Shown: piece after piece, positions 53,049-61,765 of the stretch | Numbering within the stretch: the first letter of the stretch is position 1 | Layout of the letters: each line of letters starts with the position of its first letter | Origin: Clostridia bacterium | Lineage (GTDB): Bacteria > Bacillota > Clostridia > TANB77 > CAG-508 | Direction: 5' to 3' | DNA length: 64,000 nt | Assembly (NCBI GenBank): GCA_022791325.1 | Contig: JAAVYV010000019.1 | Coordinates: forward strand, 640 to 64,639 | Position numbers and translations under genes: made by a program | The notes under the pieces: model-generated | The model's input: only the letters and a program-made list of their open reading frames with translations | The model's database searches: none | Told to the model about the DNA's origin: nothing

Positions 53049-53741
53049 ATGGAAAGTATATTAAAAAGAGAAAATGAGGTGCTCAAAAATAATGAATTAA
53101 TAAAAATAGAAAAAGAATATGATGAATTTGAAATAATTATGCTAATTTACCAAAAAGCTTTAAATAGTATAGTTGAAAAGTTTACAAATTTAAAAAGAGT
53201 ATTGAATGAATATTATAATTATGAAGTAATAACAAATGTAACATCAAGAATAAAAAGTCCAGAAAGTATAGCTGGGAAAATGAAAAAGAAAAAAATAGAA
53301 ATTAATTATGAAAATATGATTCAAAACATTAATGATATTGCAGGAATAAGAATAGTTTGTAATTATAAAGAAGATATTTATAAAATAAGAAACATTATAG
53401 CAAATCAAAAAGACATAAAAATATTAAAAGAAAAAGATTATATAAAAAAGGCAAAAAAGAGTGGCTATTCAGCTTACCATGTAATAATAGAAGTACCAGT
53501 TAAAATAAAAGAAGAGACAATACATATAAAAGTAGAAATACAAATAAGAACAGCACTAATGGACTTCTGGACAAGCACAGAGCATAAAGTAAAATACAAA
53601 CCAAAAAAGAAATTATCGAATATAGATAGTTTTAAACTATACATTTATGCAAAAATAATAAATATAATAAATGACAAAATGTTCAAAATATATAAAAAGC
53701 AAAATACGAATATTAAAGAAATAACAATAAATAGTAAATAA
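53049..53741 (+). CDS. Small alarmone synthetase (RelQ/RelP-type GTP pyrophosphokinase)
   Basis: 230 aa. Motifs RIKSPESIAGKM, DIAGIRIVC and EIQIRT...DFW of the RelA/SpoT synthetase domain. Confidence 0.8.
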   Translation: MESILKRENEVLKNNELIKIEKEYDEFEIIMLIYQKALNSIVEKFTNLKRVLNEYYNYEVITNVTSRIKSPESIAGKMKKKKIEINYENMIQNINDIAGIRIVCNYKEDIYKIRNIIANQKDIKILKEKDYIKKAKKSGYSAYHVIIEVPVKIKEETIHIKVEIQIRTALMDFWTSTEHKVKYKPKKKLSNIDSFKLYIYAKIINIINDKMFKIYKKQNTNIKEITINSK

Positions 53742-53812
53742 AAATAAAAAGCTATAACATTTCAAATAATTAAATAATTATTTGAAACGTTATGGCAAAA
53801 ATTATTAATAAA

Positions 53813-54196
53813 TTAATTTTGCTGTTCAATTTTTAACTCTTCAATTCTAGAAAAAAGCCCAAATACTATAGATAGTACAAATGAAACCTCAACAATGATA
53901 ATTGTAGGAAAAAATGATTTAAAAGCAATTGCTATTAAAATGCTTGAAAAACATGTTATAGTAAATAATAAGAAAAGAAAAAGAAAAATGTGGTATTTCA
54001 ATTGTGTTTTCTTTAGAATGCCACAAAATGTAAAAAATAATGCAAAAAATAAAGTGGCAAACATTATAAGAAAAAGAAATGAAAAACTAAAGGTTAATTT
54101 AATAATATAGCAATTAAAAAATAGCACATATAAAAGTGCACATATGAAAGCTAATACTAAACATATTAAACACCAAATTTTACTCCGTCTAATCAT
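53813..54196 (-). CDS. Hypothetical membrane protein
   Basis: 127 aa with three hydrophobic helices. Confidence 0.35.
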   Translation of the reverse strand: MIRRSKIWCLICLVLAFICALLYVLFFNCYIIKLTFSFSFLFLIMFATLFFALFFTFCGILKKTQLKYHIFLFLFLLFTITCFSSILIAIAFKSFFPTIIIVEVSFVLSIVFGLFSRIEELKIEQQN

Positions 54197-54442
54197 AATA
54201 AACCTCCTATAATAAAATTTTATTAATAGTTACTAACAAGCCATTTAGCTTAAGATGATAATGATTTTACCATAAGACTATTAAAAAGTAAATAAATATT
54301 CTAAAACAACTTGAAAATTATGTAAAATAAGAGTATAATGAAAAATAGGTAATACCATGTATAAAAAATCTTATACAGTAATGAATATTACTAAGTAGCA
54401 CTAAAAACAAACATTTATAAGAGAGTATAAGGAGGAAAAATT

Positions 54443-55270
54443 ATGTTTTTCAATGGTAATGTTTTTTCAGGGAGCCAAGTAATTATTAATGGACGGGTTA
54501 TAAACGGAGGAGAAACAGTCAAACTTAAAAAATACGATGAAAAAAAGTCAGAAGAAGTAAAAGGTGATATGAAGAAGTTGAGCATTGAGTCAACATTTGC
54601 TGATGTTAACATATATGCTTCGAAGTCTTCTAAGGTTGAAGCACATTTATATGGAGAAGCATCGCTGGATAGAGACATAAAAATTGATGTTCAATGCAAG
54701 GGTAATGAAATTTTAGTTGTAACTAAATACAATGGAAATTGTTATGGCGGTAAATTATATTTAGATATTACAATGCCATATAAAACATTTAAAGAGATAG
54801 TTACAATAGGTTCCTCAGCAGACATTACCTTAAATGATGGGATTTCAACTGAAAGAATTAAGATACGTACATCATCAGGAGATGTTATCTTAAATCAAGG
54901 CGTTTGGGCTAAAAACATTAAGGTACAAACATCATCAGGAGATGTTAAATTAAATGAAGGTGTTTCAGCTCAATATATTGAAGTGAAAACATCTTCAGGA
55001 GATATAGAGACCAATGCAATATTTACCACAGCAGATATTTCGGCAACAAGAGGAGATATCAATCTTTATATTGATGCAGATAATGACATTGATGTAGATG
55101 TTTCAGCAACAAGTGGAGACATATCAGCTAAGTTTGATAACATTGGTCATATTAATTTATCAACAAGGGCGATGAGTGGAGATGTTAAAAACCGCCACAA
55201 AGGAGGCAACTTTGGATACACTGCAAATGTAGAAATTTCTACTATGAGTGGTGATATAAAAATTAAATAA
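54443..55270 (+). CDS. DUF4097-like beta-helical repeat protein
   Basis: Repeats of TSSGD(V/I).LN.G; similar architecture to 47799-48596. Terminator 55295-55333. Confidence 0.5.
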   Translation: MFFNGNVFSGSQVIINGRVINGGETVKLKKYDEKKSEEVKGDMKKLSIESTFADVNIYASKSSKVEAHLYGEASLDRDIKIDVQCKGNEILVVTKYNGNCYGGKLYLDITMPYKTFKEIVTIGSSADITLNDGISTERIKIRTSSGDVILNQGVWAKNIKVQTSSGDVKLNEGVSAQYIEVKTSSGDIETNAIFTTADISATRGDINLYIDADNDIDVDVSATSGDISAKFDNIGHINLSTRAMSGDVKNRHKGGNFGYTANVEISTMSGDIKIK

Positions 55271-55294
55271 ATACCAAAATGTAATAATAATTTT

Positions 55295-55333
55295 GCAATC
55301 TGTGCTATTTTTTATAGTACAGATTGTTTTTTT
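55295..55333 (+). terminator. Rho-independent terminator (CAATCTGTG…CACAGATTG module)
   Basis: GCAATCTGTGCTATTTTTTATAGTACAGATTGTTTTTTT. Paralogous to 57327-57366. Confidence 0.6.
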
Positions 55334-55565
55334 CTATACTACACTAGCAAAGTATTCTATTTTAAGAAAACTATAAAATTAAAAGAATATAAAAATATCT
55401 ATAATTTAATTTATTCAAACAGCCAATAGAAGTCTATAAAATATAAATGTTATACCATATAAAAAAGTAAACAAACAAATAGAAAAAAATATAAAAGCAT
55501 TGCAGGCTATATGTCTTTATGATATTATTTAGGTATAAAAATTCTATAAAGGGGGAAATTAGAAA

Positions 55566-56195
55566 ATGAAAAAAGGGAACAAAACAATAAAAGTAGTATT
55601 AGGTGCAATATTTGCAATTATAATAAGTGCCTGCATTATAATTCAAGTTGTTATATCAAATGAGAATAAAAAACTTGAAAAAGAAAGTAAAAAGTATGAA
55701 ACACTAACTACGCAAACTAAAAGTGGAGAGCAAATAGAAACTGAATATATTCATATAGAAGAAAACGAATTCTATGTAAAAATTCCAAAAACTTTTAAAC
55801 AATTAGACTATGAAACAATAAATAAAAAATATAATGGAGATGTACCAAACATAGTATTTTCAAATGACGAAACAACTGTAAATATTGCAATAAGCATAAC
55901 ACAAAATGAAATGAAAAATGAACAAATAGAAACTTACAAAGAATATATGGAAAAAATACTAAAAAACAATAGTGAAATAATAAGCTCAAACTATTACAAA
56001 GAAGAAAAACATAATATTGGTCAAATAAAATTAATGTCACAAGCAGTAGATACAAAAATATATAATAATATGATATTTTTCTCATATAATGACAAATTAG
56101 TAATAATAGCATTTAACTGTACAGAAGATCTAAAAGAAGAATGGCAAAACGTTGGAGATTTCATAACAAATTCACTATTCTTTAAAAACAATTAA
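55566..56195 (+). CDS. Hypothetical exported protein
   Basis: 209 aa with N-terminal signal anchor. Confidence 0.4.
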   Translation: MKKGNKTIKVVLGAIFAIIISACIIIQVVISNENKKLEKESKKYETLTTQTKSGEQIETEYIHIEENEFYVKIPKTFKQLDYETINKKYNGDVPNIVFSNDETTVNIAISITQNEMKNEQIETYKEYMEKILKNNSEIISSNYYKEEKHNIGQIKLMSQAVDTKIYNNMIFFSYNDKLVIIAFNCTEDLKEEWQNVGDFITNSLFFKNN

Positions 56196-56299
56196 AAAAG
56201 TAAAGATTTGGTAAAGATTTGGGACGTGTCAAAAACTTTACAACTCTTTCGAAATCTTTCTAAAAAGAAATAAGAACCTATAATACAAGGAGGAAAAAT

Positions 56300-56692
56300 A
56301 TGATTACAAAACAATTAGAAAATATAATAGAAAAATATAAAATAACACAGACAGATAATATAATATATGGTACAAATATACCAATGCCAAATGCTGTAAT
56401 ACCAACACCTTGGAAAACATATATAAAATTTGACCAAACAGAGTACTACTTTTTTCTATTTAACGAAAAAGGGATAACAATATACCCTACAAACGGAGAA
56501 ACTTACGCTATTATACCATGGGAAGAGATAGAAGACTTCAAAATAAGCCATATATTTATACTAGGAAAAATGACAATAAAAACAAAGCAAGCAAAACTTA
56601 ATTTTCAAATAAACAGGTTTGTATTTGGTTGCCCTTGGATAAAAAAGAATACTATGTATTTAGAAGGGAATAATTATTTTTATAAAAAGTAA
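56300..56692 (+). CDS. Hypothetical protein
   Basis: 130-aa ORF with RBS AAGGAGG. Confidence 0.4.
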   Translation: MITKQLENIIEKYKITQTDNIIYGTNIPMPNAVIPTPWKTYIKFDQTEYYFFLFNEKGITIYPTNGETYAIIPWEEIEDFKISHIFILGKMTIKTKQAKLNFQINRFVFGCPWIKKNTMYLEGNNYFYKK

Positions 56693-56709
56693 ATAAAAGG
56701 AAGAGTAAA

Positions 56710-57264
56710 ATGACTGAAAAAGAAAAGATGTTAGCAGAACAAATATATAATGCAAATTATGACGAAGAATTAATAAAAGAAAGAAATATAGCAAAAGACA
56801 AATGCTATGAATACAATAATATAAAACCTTCAAAAACTGAAGAAAGAAAAAATTTAATGAAAACAATACTAGGAAAAACAGCAAAAAACTTTCTAATAGA
56901 ACAGCCATTTATATGTGATTATGGCTACAATATAGAAATAGGAGAAAACTTTTATTCAAACCATAATTTAACTATTTTAGATGGAAATAAGGTGGAATTT
57001 GGAGATAATGTATTTATAGCACCAAATTGCAGTTTTTATACAGCTACACACCCATTAGACTACAAACAAAGAAATGAAGGATTAGAATATGCAAAACCTA
57101 TAAAAGTAGGCAATAATGTATGGATTGGAGGAAATGTAGTAGTACTTCCAGGAGTAACAATAGGAGATAATGTTGTAATAGGAGCAGGAAGCATAGTAAA
57201 TAAAAGTATTCCACCCAATAGTGTAGCAGTTGGAAACCCTTGCAAAGTAATAAAACGAATGTAG
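56710..57264 (+). CDS. maa: Maltose/galactoside O-acetyltransferase (left-handed beta-helix, hexapeptide repeat)
   Basis: 184 aa with the Maa/LacA-type N-terminus and hexapeptide repeats. Terminator 57327-57366. Confidence 0.75.
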   Translation: MTEKEKMLAEQIYNANYDEELIKERNIAKDKCYEYNNIKPSKTEERKNLMKTILGKTAKNFLIEQPFICDYGYNIEIGENFYSNHNLTILDGNKVEFGDNVFIAPNCSFYTATHPLDYKQRNEGLEYAKPIKVGNNVWIGGNVVVLPGVTIGDNVVIGAGSIVNKSIPPNSVAVGNPCKVIKRM

Positions 57265-57326
57265 AAGTTTTTATTATGAGTGAATATATAAGAATTTAAT
57301 AAATACAAATATTTAATAATCATTTT

Positions 57327-57366
57327 ACAATCTGTGTTATAAAAAAATAGCACAGATTGTTTTTTG
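57327..57366 (+). terminator. Rho-independent terminator (CAATCTGTG…CACAGATTG module)
   Basis: ACAATCTGTGTTATAAAAAAATAGCACAGATTGTTTTTTG. Confidence 0.6.
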
Positions 57367-57465
57367 ACTTTTACTATATAATTAGTAAATGACCTTATTA
57401 GGGAATAAATTTCCATTGAAAATCAAAAAGAAAAATGTTAACATAAGCTTAAAGGATGTGGTGTT

Positions 57466-58704
57466 TTGAGAATATTAAAAAAGTATGGTAATAATTTATT
57501 ACTTAAAGAACTAAAAGGAAGTTACAAATTTTTTATTAAAGAAAGTAAATTAAATGAGAACAGCAAAGGATATGGGCTAATTAGAGATAAGGACATGTAT
57601 GCAAACAATATTGCAAGTATTGCATCTGTTGGATATGGACTTGCAGCATTGGTAATAGGAGTAGAACGAAAATGGATTAGTCATGAAAAGGCATATAAAA
57701 GAGCAAATAAAACCTTAGATACATTTTTAAACCATGTAGATGGAAAAAATGGCTTTTACTACCATTTTGTAAATATGGATACAGCAAAAAGAGAATGGAA
57801 TTGTGAAATATCAATAATAGATACTGCAATTTTCATATGTGGAGCAATATGTGCAGGAGAATTTTTTGAAGGAGAAGTTAAACAAAAAGCAGAAGAACTG
57901 TATAAAAGAATTAATTGGGAGTGGTATAGAAATAAAGAAACTAATTATTTTTATATGGGGTATAAACCAGAAGAAGGCTTTTGGGGGCATTGGGATATGT
58001 ATGCAGAACAACTAATGTTATATGTACTTGGAGCAGGCTCACCAACATTTCCTATAAACAAAACAATGTATGATGATATGAGAAAAGAAAAGGAAAGTTA
58101 TGAAGGAATAGAAGATATTATTTATACATATTGCGGAACATTATTTACATATCAGTTTTCACATGCATGGATAGATTTTAGAAATAAAGTAGATAAGCAA
58201 GGAATTAACTGGTTTGAAAACTCTATAAAAGCTACTATTGCAAATAGAGAATATTGTATAAAAAATAGTAAAAAATTTAAAACGTTTGGAAAAAATTCAT
58301 GGGGGTTAACTGCATGTGTTGGACCAAAAGGATACAGTGGTGGATATGGAGCAAAACCAAGTTTAGCTGACTTAGATAAAGAAAATGATGGAACAATATC
58401 TCCTTGTGGAAGCGCAGGCTCAATAGTTTTTACACCAGAACTAAGTATAAAAGCATTAGAAAATTTTTATAATAATTACCCAAAACTATGGTGCAAATAT
58501 GGTTTCAAAGATGCCTATAATTTAGAAAATGGAGAGTGGTATTCAAAAGAAGTAATAGGAATAGATAAAGGAATATCAATGCTAATGATAGAAAATTATT
58601 TGACAGGAACAATATGGGAATACTTTATGAAAAATGAGAATATACAAAAAGGGTTAAATATTTTAGGAATAAAAAACAACGAAAAGCAATATGAAAAGAT
58701 ATAG
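57466..58704 (+). CDS. Putative glycoside-hydrolase-like protein ((alpha/alpha)6-barrel-type, DUF3131-like)
   Basis: 412 aa, TTG start. Weak family assignment from size and Trp/Tyr-rich composition only. Confidence 0.35.
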   Translation: MRILKKYGNNLLLKELKGSYKFFIKESKLNENSKGYGLIRDKDMYANNIASIASVGYGLAALVIGVERKWISHEKAYKRANKTLDTFLNHVDGKNGFYYHFVNMDTAKREWNCEISIIDTAIFICGAICAGEFFEGEVKQKAEELYKRINWEWYRNKETNYFYMGYKPEEGFWGHWDMYAEQLMLYVLGAGSPTFPINKTMYDDMRKEKESYEGIEDIIYTYCGTLFTYQFSHAWIDFRNKVDKQGINWFENSIKATIANREYCIKNSKKFKTFGKNSWGLTACVGPKGYSGGYGAKPSLADLDKENDGTISPCGSAGSIVFTPELSIKALENFYNNYPKLWCKYGFKDAYNLENGEWYSKEVIGIDKGISMLMIENYLTGTIWEYFMKNENIQKGLNILGIKNNEKQYEKI

Positions 58705-58726
58705 TTAGGGGTAAGTTTATGAAAGA

Positions 58727-58780
58727 TAGAGAAATTATAGAGCTACTAAATAAAATGACTGTAGATGAAAAATAGGACAA
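58727..58780 (+). pseudogene. Remnant of a GH3 beta-glucosidase N-terminus
   Basis: MKDREIIELLNKMTVDEK* matches the GH3 N-terminal signature (…MTLEEKIGQ). A +2 frame continues IGQM… then stops. Only about 30 codons remain. Confidence 0.35.
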
Positions 58781-58874
58781 ATGGTGCAAAAAGCAAATAG
58801 TTAGCCTTGCTAATTATTTGCTTTTATGCTAATATAAATATGAAATAAGTATATAGTGAAAGGAAGAAAAAACT

Positions 58875-59471
58875 TTGAAAAATATAAAAATAACAAGAAA
58901 AATAACACAAGGAATGTATGTACTAACAACAAAAGAAGGAGGCTGTATAGTAGATGCAGTATCACAAGTAAGTGCAGGGGATGAACCATTAATATCAGTA
59001 GCTGTAATGAAAAGCAACTATACAAACGAATTATTAAAGAAAAATAATAAATTTTCATTATCAATATTAAGTAAAGATGTAAATCCAGAAATAATAAAAA
59101 CTTTTGGTTTCAACACTGGAAGAAAAATAAATAAATTTGAAAATACCAAAACAACCAAAATAGAAGAAATAGATGTTATAAATGACTCTATAGGATATAT
59201 GGTATGTGAAATAGTTGACTTTATAGAAAATGATACACATACACTATTTATAGGAAAAGTAATAGAAGCAGATGTATTTGAAGAAAAAGAGCCAATGAGT
59301 TATGGGTACTACCAAGAACATAAAGAAGAGCTATTAAAAGTTACAACGCAAAAAGGAAAAACAGCATGGGTATGCTCAGTATGTGGATACATATATTATG
59401 CAGAAGAATTACCAGAAGACTTTAGGTGCCCTATATGTAAGGTAGGAAAAGAGTATTTTAAAAAGCAATAA
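58875..59471 (+). CDS. High-molecular-weight rubredoxin (flavin-reductase domain fused to C-terminal rubredoxin domain, Hrb-like)
   Basis: 198 aa. Flavin reductase-like N-domain, C-terminal WVCSVCGYIY...FRCPICKVGKEYF rubredoxin fold. Confidence 0.7.
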   Translation: MKNIKITRKITQGMYVLTTKEGGCIVDAVSQVSAGDEPLISVAVMKSNYTNELLKKNNKFSLSILSKDVNPEIIKTFGFNTGRKINKFENTKTTKIEEIDVINDSIGYMVCEIVDFIENDTHTLFIGKVIEADVFEEKEPMSYGYYQEHKEELLKVTTQKGKTAWVCSVCGYIYYAEELPEDFRCPICKVGKEYFKKQ

Positions 59472-59500
59472 TTGAATTACGCATAATGAATGAAAAATAT

Positions 59501-59650
59501 TGTAGGAAAGATTAGCAATTGACTATGGATACAAAGAGTTGCTATAAAACAATATTTAAGTAAAATCTTCGAAGAGCTGGCGATTAAGCTAACGAATAGC
59601 TTATTTGTAACTTGCTTTACTCCAAAAGCTAAGAAATAATCGCTCCTACA
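59501..59650. repeat. MITE/REP-like element (TGTAGGAAAG … AATCGCTCCTACA)
   Basis: Shares the CTTCGAAGAG core and right-end blocks with 3843-4004 and 60832-60985. Confidence 0.6.
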
Positions 59651-59902
59651 AAATAATTATTATTTATATGATTATTTAATTAATAGAAAAATTAAGAGAG
59701 AGGTATTAAAAATGAACGAGAAATTTCAAGAATACTTAAGCAAATTAACATGTAGAGGGTGTTATAATCACTGCCCATTAAATAGTCCTAATTGTGGTAG
59801 AAGTAAAATTTTTATAAAAGAGGCAGAAGAGAAATTTGAAAAAGAAATGAAGAAATCTAAGGAATAAAACTTGTAAAATAAAAAGAAAGTTGGAAAACCT
59901 AT

Positions 59903-60818
59903 ATGGAAGAAATAATAAATATACCAGAATTTTTAAAAGAAATGCTAAATAAGCAATATGGAGAAGAATTAACAAAAAAAATAATAGAAGGGTACAAAAA
60001 TAAAAGACCAGTTACTTTTAGAGTAAACACTTTGAAAACAAATATAGCAGAAATAGAAAATAAATTAAAAGAAAAACAAATTGAATTTGAAAATGTACCA
60101 TGGAGCAAAGAAGCATTTATAATAAAAAATAGCACTGAAAAAGAAATACAAAATATGCAAATGTATATAAATGGAGAAATATATCTTCAAAGTCTATCAT
60201 CAATGCTACCACCAATTATATTAAACCCACAGGCAAATAATGATATATTAGATATGGCAGCAGCACCAGGAGGAAAAACAACACAAATTGCAACACTAAC
60301 ACAAAATAAGGCCCATATTACAGCGTGTGAAATGAACAACATTAGAATAGAAAGGCTAAAATATAATATAGAAAAACAAGGAGCAACCTCAGTATATATA
60401 ATGCAAACAGATAGTAGAATAATTAATGACTTTTTTTCATTTGACCAAATTCTATTAGATGCACCATGTTCACGGAAGTGGAACTCTAAATATTAATAAT
60501 GCAAAAATAGAAAAAAATTTTACAAAAAAATTGATAGAAAAAGTAACCACTTCCCAATTGCAATTATTAAAAAAAGCAATAAAATTATTAAAGCCAGGTC
60601 ATGAAATGGTATATTCAACATGTTCAATACTTTCATGTGAAAACGAAGAAATATTAGAAAAAGCTTTAAAAGGAACTAATACTAAAATACTACCAATTAA
60701 ATTTGAAGCAATAGAAGAATTACCATTATTGCCAACAAAAATAGAAGGAACACTTTGTGTGAAACCTACCCAAAAATATGAAGGTTTCTTTATTGCAAAA
60801 ATATATAAAGAAATTTAG
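59903..60818 (+). CDS. RsmB/RsmF (NOL1/NOP2/Sun) family RNA m5C methyltransferase, with an apparent +1 frameshift at 60473
   Basis: SAM motif DMAAAPGGKT. Removing the C in TCA[C]GGAAG restores the family-defining DAPCSGSGT motif and joins it to the downstream ORF (...VYSTCS...). Confidence 0.75.
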
Positions 60819-60831
60819 GAAATAATTCTTT

Positions 60832-60985
60832 TGTAGGGGCGATTTTAATCGCCCGCAAGCTACAACACATACTAAAAAAATATTTATTTAAGCAATTTCA
60901 TAGAAAGAACGAGTGATTATACTAAAGTATAACTTATTTCTAACTCGTTGTTGCCCAAAGATCTAAGAAAAAATCGCCTCAAAGA
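60832..60985. repeat. MITE/REP-like element (TGTAGGGGCGATTTTAATCGCCCG … AAATCGCCTCAAAG)
   Basis: Left terminus identical in type to 26259/37214. Internal blocks shared with 3843 and 59501. Confidence 0.65.
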
Positions 60986-60991
60986 TTTAAT

Positions 60992-61426
60992 TTACAAATA
61001 TTTTTTTAAAGTTTCAACACTATCTTCTTGCATAACAACAAAATCATTTAAAACATCTTTTACATCTTTAGGAGCATTAGGGTTTTGATTCATAAGTCTT
61101 CTACCCTCAATAATTCCCATATTAGTTCCTTGCATTAATAGCTCAGAAAGTTTGGAAGTAGTATCATCATTCATAGTTTTCATTTGAATTCCATACCAAG
61201 TCATAGCTTTATTCATAGCATTTGTTTCGTGAGGGTCTTTGTTACTATAATTTGAATATATATCATTAACTCTATTAGATATCTTTTTATATTTATTATA
61301 TTCGATATCTAAAACTTCTTTAAAAGTATCATCTTTTACTTTATCGGAAACAAAAGAAATAGCATCCATTCCCATAGTAGCACCTTTATTAACTTCATCT
61401 AAAATATTCAAATTTTGATTTTCCAT
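60992..61426 (-). CDS. Hypothetical protein (four-helix-bundle-like)
   Basis: 144-aa ORF with RBS on the minus strand. Confidence 0.4.
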   Translation of the reverse strand: MENQNLNILDEVNKGATMGMDAISFVSDKVKDDTFKEVLDIEYNKYKKISNRVNDIYSNYSNKDPHETNAMNKAMTWYGIQMKTMNDDTTSKLSELLMQGTNMGIIEGRRLMNQNPNAPKDVKDVLNDFVVMQEDSVETLKKYL

Positions 61427-61619
61427 TTAAAATCACATTCCTTTCAAAATATAAAATTTATAATATTAATATAACCAAAAATATAAAAATAAAACGAAAA
61501 ACTTTTGACAAATAGAAAGAAATGTGCTAATATAGAAAAGTGGCAAATGGAAACGAACATTATTATAAAATAATGCTTAACGAACAACACATTTTTATTG
61601 TGTTGTATTTTTGTGCTAA

Positions 61620-61735
61620 TTAGAAGTTGGAGGTTGGAATATTTGGGTAAGTTCTTCGGAGAAATTACTTAAAATCTAACTTCTAACTTCCAACGTCTAC
61701 AAAACTAAAAGTGAATAATGAATAGTGAATAGTAC
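61620..61735. repeat. Related intergenic element with inverted TTAGAAGTTGGAGGTTGG/CCAACGTC...CTAACTTCTAA arms plus the 21-mer GTGAATAATGAATAGTGAATA
   Basis: Internal TTCTTCGGAGAAATTAC matches the TTCTTCGAAGAAATTAC core of 26259-26388. The 21-mer is also found at 3815. Confidence 0.5.
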
Positions 61736-61765
61736 ACGCTTCGCGTGTGAAAGGAGAAGAGGAAA

